Source: a virus
Strand: one strand, 5' to 3'
DNA length: 64,000 nucleotides
IMG/VR virus record: IMGVR_UViG_3300027821_000007
Span: 27,504 to 91,503 of that record
The translations under genes and the position numbers were made by a program. Positions 44,880 through 51,982 of the stretch are shown here, piece by piece; position 1 is the first letter of the stretch, and each line of letters starts with the position of its first letter. The notes below the pieces were generated by a model. It did no database searches. It was given only the letters and a program-made list of their open reading frames with translations, and was not told the origin of the DNA.

Positions 44880-44951
44880 CAGTTTATTCTTGTCCCCGGG
44901 AAGCGTTTTGGGTGCATAGCAGGCTCGGGACGTTTCCTTCCTAACAACTTC

Positions 44952-44983
44952 AAGGCCGTGCTCTGGGGGCACGGCCTTTTTTT
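44952..44983 (+). terminator. Rho-independent terminator
   Basis: AAGGCCGTGCTC-TGG-GGGCACGGCCTT followed by a T run. Confidence 0.8.
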
Positions 44984-45207
44984 GGGCTTGAAATGAGAGT
45001 CCCGATCTGAAAAAGCTTTGTTCCAGGTAGCGCTCGCTATGCCGGATTGAGCACCGGCTGCCCGAGAGGCCGCGTCCGGGCACGCGGCAGGAACGATGCT
45101 TTCGCGGATCCCTCGCCGAGAGGGGCGATCTGCTCGACCGCGCCGGGTGGCGCCGGTCTTCCCGTTGAACACCGCAACTGCGGGCGCGGTGGTGAGAGAC
45201 CCCTCAT

Positions 45208-46719
45208 ATGTCAGGATCCGTGTCCGAGAGCGTGCGGGCGGTACGTGAAGTCATGGCCGCAAACACGCCGCAGCTTGGCGCTTCGCCGCTGACCAAGTTC
45301 TTTGTCCAACCGAGCACCGCGACCACGGGCCTGCAGGTCTACGACCTCGAGGCACCGGCCAAGCTGCTCTATCCCGTCCTCACGCCGCTCCGCAATAAGA
45401 TCCCGCGGGTAAGTGGTGGACGCGGGATCCAGGCGAATTGGAGAGCAATTACAGCTATAAACACCACTAATGTGTCCGCTGGCCTCGGTCAGGGCAATCG
45501 TGGTGGCGTGATGGACCAGACGGTCAAAGAATACTTCGCAGCGTATCGTGGCATTGGTCTTGATAACTACGTGTCGTTCGAGGCTGACATGTCCTCGGAA
45601 GGCTTTCAGGACTTGAAGTCTACTGCTGTGCAGTCGCTATTGCGCGCTTTGATGATTCAAGAGGAGCGCATTCTCCTCGGCGGCAACGGCATCACCGGGC
45701 TGGGCACAACGCCCACTCCATCGGTCACTAATATTACCACCGGCGGGACCATCGGCACCGGCATCACGGTGCAGGTCGGCTGCGTGGCGCTGACGATGGA
45801 AGGCAAGCGACTGGCGAACATGACCACCGGCGTGCCCGGGGTCATCTCGCGCACCAACGCGGACGGCACGGTCGACACCTATGGCGGCGGCGCCGCGGCG
45901 CCCTCGACGCTGGGCACGGTGGCCACGACGACAGCGACTGCACAGATCTCGGCCCGCGTGGCGCCGGTGGTCGGTGCGTTCGGTTATGCGTGGTACGTGG
46001 GCTCGGCGGGCACCCAGTATCTGGTCGCCATCACCGCCATCAACTCGCTGCTGTTCCCTGGCCCGATGCCCGGCGCCGGCACCCAGACCTTCGCCTCGGT
46101 TTCGGGCGACAACAGCGTCAACAGCCTGGTGTTCGACGGCTTCGCCGCGATCGCGGCCAAGGCCGGCTCGGGCGCCTACTGGGCCGCGATGCCAACCGGC
46201 ACCGACGGCATCGGCACGCCACTAACTCCGGACGGGTCTGGAGGTATAGTTGAAGTAGATGCAGCACTACAGTCGTTCTGGGACAACTATAAGCTAAGTC
46301 CAGATGAGATGTGGGTGTCGTCGCAAGAACAAAATTACTTTCGCAGGAAAGTACTTACTGCGCCATCTGGCTCTGTTCCTCTGTCTCGATTTACCATTGC
46401 TACCGCGCAGAACCAGGTTCGCGGCGGTTCGTCTGTGCGCGGCTACCTCAACCCGTTCGGCATGGGGCAGGCGCAGGAAATTCCAATAAAACTGCACCCA
46501 GACATGCCGCCCGGCAATATAATGTTCACCACTTCCGAGTTGCCGTACGCCCTGAACGACGTAACCAATGTATATCAGGTGCGAACACGCAAAGATTACT
46601 ATCAGATTGAGTGGCCGTTACGCACGCGGAAGTATGAATACGGTTGCTATAGTGACGAGGTCCTACAGCATTACTTCCCGCCATCGCTTGGCTTCATCAC
46701 GAACATCGCCCCGGGTTAG
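45208..46719 (+). CDS. major capsid protein
   Basis: TTGLQVYDLEAPAKLLYPVLTPLRNKIPR, IKLHPDMPPG, DYYQIEWP...YEYGCY.DEVL; position after scaffold. Confidence 0.85.
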   Translation: MSGSVSESVRAVREVMAANTPQLGASPLTKFFVQPSTATTGLQVYDLEAPAKLLYPVLTPLRNKIPRVSGGRGIQANWRAITAINTTNVSAGLGQGNRGGVMDQTVKEYFAAYRGIGLDNYVSFEADMSSEGFQDLKSTAVQSLLRALMIQEERILLGGNGITGLGTTPTPSVTNITTGGTIGTGITVQVGCVALTMEGKRLANMTTGVPGVISRTNADGTVDTYGGGAAAPSTLGTVATTTATAQISARVAPVVGAFGYAWYVGSAGTQYLVAITAINSLLFPGPMPGAGTQTFASVSGDNSVNSLVFDGFAAIAAKAGSGAYWAAMPTGTDGIGTPLTPDGSGGIVEVDAALQSFWDNYKLSPDEMWVSSQEQNYFRRKVLTAPSGSVPLSRFTIATAQNQVRGGSSVRGYLNPFGMGQAQEIPIKLHPDMPPGNIMFTTSELPYALNDVTNVYQVRTRKDYYQIEWPLRTRKYEYGCYSDEVLQHYFPPSLGFITNIAPG

Positions 46720-46746
46720 TTCCCCGCAACCCCCCCGGTGCGATTA

Positions 46747-46788
46747 GGGTTGATGGGACGGGACAGCCTCCCCCAGTCCCGTCAACCC
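46747..46788 (+). other. long RNA hairpin after the capsid gene (stabiliser/attenuator)
   Basis: GGGTTGATGGGAC...GTCCCGTCAACCC 13-bp stem with one G-U; no U tract. Confidence 0.55.
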
Positions 46789-46801
46789 AAAAGGAGAGAA
46801 C

Positions 46802-47080
46802 GTGATGGCCCAGTACTACAAGCTGCAACCCGGCATCGGCTCGATCTCGATCGACGGCGTCGAGCACATCTGCGACCCCGAAACCGGCATCCTGACCGTC
46901 GAGATGCTGACGCCGAACCTCGCCGCGGAAATGGCCGCCCGTGGTGCGGTCGCGGTCGAAGGCCCCGGCGGCGAACCCAAGGCAGCCAAGGCCAAGGCCG
47001 AACCCGCGTCAGCACGGCACGGCCGCGCCGGCCATGCGGACACCCCCGGCAACCACGCAAGAGGGGGTTCTTCCCAGTAA
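46802..47080 (+). CDS. small head-associated protein
   Basis: SD AAGGAG; follows the capsid gene. Confidence 0.6.
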   Translation: MMAQYYKLQPGIGSISIDGVEHICDPETGILTVEMLTPNLAAEMAARGAVAVEGPGGEPKAAKAKAEPASARHGRAGHADTPGNHARGGSSQ

Positions 47081-47083
47081 CTG

Positions 47084-47698
47084 ATGGCCAGTTGGATCTC
47101 AGCCGAGGATGTCGCGGCCTATCTCTGCATCGAGGATCTCGAGCGGTCGCAGATCATCGCTGACGCGGTGACCGGCGCCTTCCGCGACTACCTCGCGCGC
47201 GATCTCGAACAGGCCAGCTACCACGAACTCTACCAGACCAACTACACCGACTACGTCATGCTCCAGAACAGCCCGGTGGTGTCGATCTCCTCGGTCGAGA
47301 TCGACGGCATCGGCAAGATCCTGCCGGCCGGGATGCGACAGCCCGGCTGGCGGATCGACCACCAGGTGCCGCGCAAGCTCAGCTTCATGGGCTACGGCCG
47401 GCTCCCCCGCAGCACCGTGCCCAACATCGAGGTGCGCTACGTTGCCGGATACCCGGTCGGCGTGCCGCCCGACCCGTTCAGCTCCGCCTGGCAGGTCGGC
47501 GACGGCCTGCCAACCGCGATCTACGAGGCGATGCGGCTGACCGCTTCGGCCATGCACACCGCCCAGGCGGCCGACCCGAACCTCGCCATGGAACAAACCG
47601 CCGGCATCTTCACCGGCCAGTTCTACCCGACCGGGGTCGGCGCCATCCCGCCCGGCGCACGCACCCTGCTCGAAGCCTACATCTCGGTGACGCCATGA
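47084..47698 (+). CDS. head-tail adaptor protein
   Basis: DV..YL, PVVSISSVEIDG, NIEVRYVAGY, LP.AI..A; synteny. Confidence 0.8.
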   Translation: MASWISAEDVAAYLCIEDLERSQIIADAVTGAFRDYLARDLEQASYHELYQTNYTDYVMLQNSPVVSISSVEIDGIGKILPAGMRQPGWRIDHQVPRKLSFMGYGRLPRSTVPNIEVRYVAGYPVGVPPDPFSSAWQVGDGLPTAIYEAMRLTASAMHTAQAADPNLAMEQTAGIFTGQFYPTGVGAIPPGARTLLEAYISVTP

Positions 47699-48408
47699 GC
47701 AGCACACTCAAATGCTACTCCCGCGCGCAATACGTCCAGGACCGCGTCGCCGGCCGCATGCAGAGCCGCGGCGAGGAAATCATCCTGCGCGCGGTCTCGG
47801 AACTCGCCGGCCCCGAACCCTACCGCAACCCGCCCGACCTATCCCTTTCAGATCTCATGGTCATCGCCGGATCGGTCACCGGCGGCCAGGCATTCATCGC
47901 CATCTCCGGCACCACCGTCACCGGCCGCCTCGTCCCCGGCGACAAGCTGATGGTCAACAGTTCCCTGCTCACCGTCATGGCGATGCCGCCCACGGTGATG
48001 ACCGACGGCGACGGTATCCCGCTCACCGACATCGCCGGCAACCCGGTGTTCGGCACCCCCACCGTCACCTTCACCGACACGCTGTCGCGCGACAACGGCT
48101 TCCCGGTGGTCGCGGTCTCCGGCACCACCGCCCCGGCCAGCCTGATCGGCAAGCGCGTCATCCGCACCAACTACGCCGCCGACCTGGCGGTCTACGGCTA
48201 CCAGCTCTCGCGCACCAAGATGTGGGCGATGGGATGGGTCGAGCTCGACAGCATCGGCGTCATGATCGCGGGCAAAGGAGTGCCCGCACCTCAGCCCAAG
48301 ATCAACGACCAGCTCATCTTCGCCGGCGGCGACATCCGCTCGATCATGTCGGTCGGCGTGCAGAGCCTGAACGGGGTCAACTTCTCCTTTCAGATACAGG
48401 CCAGGTGA
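47695..48408 (+). CDS. head-closure/neck protein with inserted domain
   Basis: ATGA coupling; synteny; C-terminal PKINDQL...FQIQAR. Confidence 0.55.
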   Translation: MSSTLKCYSRAQYVQDRVAGRMQSRGEEIILRAVSELAGPEPYRNPPDLSLSDLMVIAGSVTGGQAFIAISGTTVTGRLVPGDKLMVNSSLLTVMAMPPTVMTDGDGIPLTDIAGNPVFGTPTVTFTDTLSRDNGFPVVAVSGTTAPASLIGKRVIRTNYAADLAVYGYQLSRTKMWAMGWVELDSIGVMIAGKGVPAPQPKINDQLIFAGGDIRSIMSVGVQSLNGVNFSFQIQAR

Positions 48409-48842
48409 TGGCCGATTTCTCCACCGACGTTTCCGCCTGGGCCACCAAGATGGGTGCCCGCGCCGACATGTTCGTCCAGGTGCTGGCGTTCGAGGCGGTC
48501 AACCGGGTCAAGGAACTGACCCCGGTGCGCACCGGCTTCCTGCGCGCCAACTGGAGCGTCATCAAGAAGGGCGACGCGACACCGAAGGCCAGCGCCGAGG
48601 CGATCAGGAATTCCCAGGGGGTCGACAAGGCCAAGGCCGCCAAGGAGGTCGAGAGGATCAAGGCCGGCGACGTCGTCACCATCATCAACCCGACCGTCTA
48701 CGCCCGGCGCATCGAGTATGGCTTCGTCGGAGCCGACAGCGGCGGGCACCATTACCACCAGGGCGGTCGCCACATGATGACCCAGACCGTCACCGAATTG
48801 CCGGCAATGGCGCGCGAACTCCTGACCCGGTTGGGAGGCTGA
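48408..48842 (+). CDS. HK97 gp10-like neck/tail-completion protein
   Basis: TPVRTGFLRANW...NPTVYARRIEYG; TGATG coupling. Confidence 0.85.
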   Translation: MADFSTDVSAWATKMGARADMFVQVLAFEAVNRVKELTPVRTGFLRANWSVIKKGDATPKASAEAIRNSQGVDKAKAAKEVERIKAGDVVTIINPTVYARRIEYGFVGADSGGHHYHQGGRHMMTQTVTELPAMARELLTRLGG

Positions 48843-48843
48843 G

Positions 48844-49281
48844 ATGGGCCTCGACCTCGAACTCCGCCACTTCGACGACGCTCTCAACGGCATCCTGGCC
48901 AACGCGGTGTTGCCCGGCATCAACGGCGACGCGGCGATCGCGTGGCCCGAAAAGGTCTACGTGCCGACCAAGGGCAAGCCGTATCTCAAACCCGAAATGG
49001 CCGGTCGCGCCCGCATGCCCATGGGCGTCGGGGCGGACAGCGTCCAGCAATGGACCGGGACCTACCAGGTCTCGGTGATGGTGCCGCGCGACACCGGCAC
49101 CCGGCTGCAGAACCAGCTCGCCTCCGCAGTCATCCGGGCCTTCCGGCGTGGCCTGTCGGTCACCACGCCGCAAGGCATCGTGCTCTACGTCACTTCCTCG
49201 ACCGTTCCGGCGCCAGTTCCGTTTGAAGACTGGATCAACCTGCCCGTGCAAATCCAATGGTTCGCGCACGAGCCCCCGTAA
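48844..49281 (+). CDS. tail terminator-like protein (DUF4128-like)
   Basis: IAWPEKVYVP...GTYQVSVMVPRDTG...F.RG...PVQIQW; synteny. Confidence 0.75.
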   Translation: MGLDLELRHFDDALNGILANAVLPGINGDAAIAWPEKVYVPTKGKPYLKPEMAGRARMPMGVGADSVQQWTGTYQVSVMVPRDTGTRLQNQLASAVIRAFRRGLSVTTPQGIVLYVTSSTVPAPVPFEDWINLPVQIQWFAHEPP

Positions 49282-49298
49282 CCTAACGGAGAAGTCGG

Positions 49299-50504
49299 AT
49301 GCCCACATTCGCCACTGGCGTTGCCAAACAAGTCTCCATCGTCGAGGAGATCGCCGAAGGCGTGAGCCCGGTCACCGGCGGCAAGTACCTGCGCCGCGTC
49401 TCAAGCGATCTGGCCCTCGGCAAGGATACCTACGAAAGCCAGGAAATCCTGGTCAGCCAACAGATCCGCGACGCCCGCCACGGCGTGCTGCGGCCGCAAG
49501 GCACCTTCGCCGGCCAGATCAGCCCGGGCAGCTTCAACGATTTCTGGCAGGGGATCCTGAGGAACAATTTCACTGCCGGGATCCAGGTCGGGCCAATCTC
49601 GCCGACCCTGGCCCTCGTCACCGGGCCGCCGGCTTACGGCACCATCACCGGCACCGGCTTCCTCACCGCCGGCCTGCGCAACCACGACGTCATCCGGTTC
49701 TCCGGGCTGACCGCGCCCAACGTCGCGCTGAACGGGCTCAACATCCGCATCAACACGCTGAGCGACACGGTGATCACCTCGCGCGACATCCCGAGCACGT
49801 CCACGCCCGGGGCACTGACCGGCGGCACCATCAAGGTGGTCGGCAAAAAAATCTCCATCCCGCCCAGCGGCGCGCTCTACAAGAGCTACTCGATCGAGCA
49901 CTTCTTCTCGGACATCTCGCAGTCCGAACTGTTCGTCGGCTGCAAGTTCGGCCAAACCAGCATCGCCCTGCCGGCCACCGGACTGGTGACGTTCAGCAGC
50001 CAGGTCATCGGCATGAACATGATCCAGAGCCCAACCCAACAGCTCACCACGCCCACGCCCACCACGACCTCGTCCTCGCTCGCCGCGGTCAACGGCATCG
50101 TCGAGTTCAACGGCGTCGATGTCGCGGTCATCACCGGGATGAACATCCAGCTCGCTGGCGCGCTCGGCGCCGATCCGGTGGTCGGCAGCAACATCGTGCC
50201 GCACATCTTCCAGGGCCGCTTCCGCACCACCGGGACGCTCACGGCCATGTTCGAGAACGAGAACATCTTCAACACGTTCCGCAACGAAGTCGAGGTCGGC
50301 ATCCACCTCATGCTGACGATCGGCTCGGGGCCGAGCGCCGATTTCGTTTCCTTCGTCATGCCGCGCGTCAAGCTGATGGGCAGCACCAAGTCGGACAGCG
50401 ACATGGCACTGATCCAGTCCTTCAACTACTCCGCGCTGGAGAACGTCACCTTCGATGCCACCGGGCCGCTCACCACGTTCCAGATCCAGGACAGCCTGGC
50501 TTAG
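49299..50504 (+). CDS. major tail tube protein
   Basis: LRRVSSDLAL.KDTYES.EI...RHG, SYSIEHFFSD, FVMPRVK; synteny. Confidence 0.85.
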   Translation: MPTFATGVAKQVSIVEEIAEGVSPVTGGKYLRRVSSDLALGKDTYESQEILVSQQIRDARHGVLRPQGTFAGQISPGSFNDFWQGILRNNFTAGIQVGPISPTLALVTGPPAYGTITGTGFLTAGLRNHDVIRFSGLTAPNVALNGLNIRINTLSDTVITSRDIPSTSTPGALTGGTIKVVGKKISIPPSGALYKSYSIEHFFSDISQSELFVGCKFGQTSIALPATGLVTFSSQVIGMNMIQSPTQQLTTPTPTTTSSSLAAVNGIVEFNGVDVAVITGMNIQLAGALGADPVVGSNIVPHIFQGRFRTTGTLTAMFENENIFNTFRNEVEVGIHLMLTIGSGPSADFVSFVMPRVKLMGSTKSDSDMALIQSFNYSALENVTFDATGPLTTFQIQDSLA

Positions 50505-50513
50505 GACACCCAA

Positions 50514-50690
50514 ATGGACATCGGCTTTATCTTTTGGCTGCTCATGCTGCTGTGGATCATGTTCTGGGGCTTCGGCGTCTGGGGCGGTCCGCAGGGGCAG
50601 GTCTACTGGACCCGCGGCGGATGGTTTCCGCTGTTCATCCTGCTGTTCCTGCTCGGCTGGAAGGTCTTCGGTTTCGTGATCCGGGGCTGA
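50514..50690 (+). CDS. 58-aa two-TM membrane protein
   Basis: MDIGFIFWLLMLLWIMFWG...LFILLFLLGWKVFGFVIRG; absent from the ORF track. Confidence 0.75.
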   Translation: MDIGFIFWLLMLLWIMFWGFGVWGGPQGQVYWTRGGWFPLFILLFLLGWKVFGFVIRG

Positions 50691-50769
50691 CCTCCAGCCC
50701 GTAAGTTGTTGGTTCCTCTGGCGCCGCCTGCCAATCGTGGGTACAGGTGGCGCCGAGGAGGACCTCATC

Positions 50770-51114
50770 ATGAGTGGAACCGGCGAAGAGCCGATCGAAG
50801 GATTCCCCACGATCGGCCAATATGAGATCGTTCCCGGCCCGGGCGATCCCGGCTACGAGCCGCCGCTGGACGACCCCGCGGCGATCCAGCAAGCCATCCT
50901 CGAAGCCCTCGGCGACGACGATTACGACGAAGCCGACGTGCTCGAGGACCCCGACGAAGACGAAGATGACGACGACGATGACGACGATTACGACGACGAC
51001 ATCGTCGGCATCACCGATGAGGACGAGGACGAGGAAAACGAGGACGACGTCGAGGAAAGTGTCGAGGAGGACCAGCCCGAGGACGACGAAGACACCCCCT
51101 ACGAGGAAGGGTGA
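50770..51114 (+). CDS. hyper-acidic (Asp/Glu-rich) protein
   Basis: SD GAGGAGG; poly-D/E C-terminal half. Confidence 0.65.
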   Translation: MSGTGEEPIEGFPTIGQYEIVPGPGDPGYEPPLDDPAAIQQAILEALGDDDYDEADVLEDPDEDEDDDDDDDDYDDDIVGITDEDEDEENEDDVEESVEEDQPEDDEDTPYEEG

Positions 51115-51656
51115 GCAGCATGTCCGAGAGCGAAATCAAACCGAACGGCCACGACAAAACGAAATTCAGCCTGGTCAGCGTCATGCCGGTGCGCGCCAAC
51201 GACGGCGCGCCGATGGAAATCCGCCACTCCGAAACCTTCGAGAAAATGCACAACGCCGACGGAACCGTCGCATCGATCACCCTGCGCGGCCAGACCAGCA
51301 AGGCGTTCCGCCAGACCATCACCGCGATCAACCGCATGCGCGCCGACCAGCAGTTGACCGCCGAACAGATCGCCGACCCGCAGCATGTCTACGAGACCGA
51401 CACGCTCCTGCTGGTCGCCTGCACCGTGGGGTGGAATTTCGACGAACTCACCCCCGGCGAACCGCTGCCCTACTCGGAGGAGAATGCCAAGATCTTCTGG
51501 AGCGACGAGCGTTTCGACTACCTGCGTCTCCAGGCCACCAACTTCATGCTGAACAACGGAAATTTTTTGCCGGCGCCACCAGTGCCCTCGAACGCTACGC
51601 CCGATACCAGTTCCGAATCCACAAGCCCCTCCCCGGACCTGCAGGCAGCGGAATAG
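51111..51656 (+). CDS. tail assembly chaperone (gpG-like)
   Basis: ITLRGQTSKAFR, LLVACTVGWNF, YSEENAK; upstream of tape measure. Confidence 0.85.
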   Translation: MSSMSESEIKPNGHDKTKFSLVSVMPVRANDGAPMEIRHSETFEKMHNADGTVASITLRGQTSKAFRQTITAINRMRADQQLTAEQIADPQHVYETDTLLLVACTVGWNFDELTPGEPLPYSEENAKIFWSDERFDYLRLQATNFMLNNGNFLPAPPVPSNATPDTSSESTSPSPDLQAAE

Positions 51657-51976
51657 TCGCGGACGCGCTCAGAAACTATCGGCGGGCGCGCAAGAAACCG
51701 CACAAGATCGCATTGATGGCGCCACCGCAGCCACGGCAGCTATTCTACCTGTTCGAGTGGTTCAACCTGATCTCGCGCGGCCGTCACGAGATCTCGGCGT
51801 TGAACTGGATGGAGATCGACGCCTGGTGCCGGCTTTCCCAGATCTCGCTAGAGCCTTGGGAAATCGACGTGATTTTGAGCCTCGACCGGGTGTGGCTTAA
51901 GGTCTGCAACGAGAAAGGTCATCCGTTCGAGGATATCGAGGATGAACACAAGGCGGCGGAACAACGAGGTGGGTAA
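51560..51976 (+). CDS. -1 frameshift extension of the chaperone (gpGT-like); slippery site A AAT TTT at 51560-51566
   Basis: Canonical X XXY YYZ heptamer in the correct frame; the -1 frame encodes YLFEWF..ISRGR...LNWMEIDAW...LEPWEIDVI..LD. Confidence 0.85.
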   Translation, partial: KFFAGATSALERYARYQFRIHKPLPGPAGSGIVADALRNYRRARKKPHKIALMAPPQPRQLFYLFEWFNLISRGRHEISALNWMEIDAWCRLSQISLEPWEIDVILSLDRVWLKVCNEKGHPFEDIEDEHKAAEQRGG

Positions 51977-51982
51977 ATCGCG

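Noticed and set aside
50774-51559. N-terminal part of the 400-aa ORF 50774-51976
   Set aside because: Out-of-frame overlap with two better genes; only the part after the slippery site is credible.
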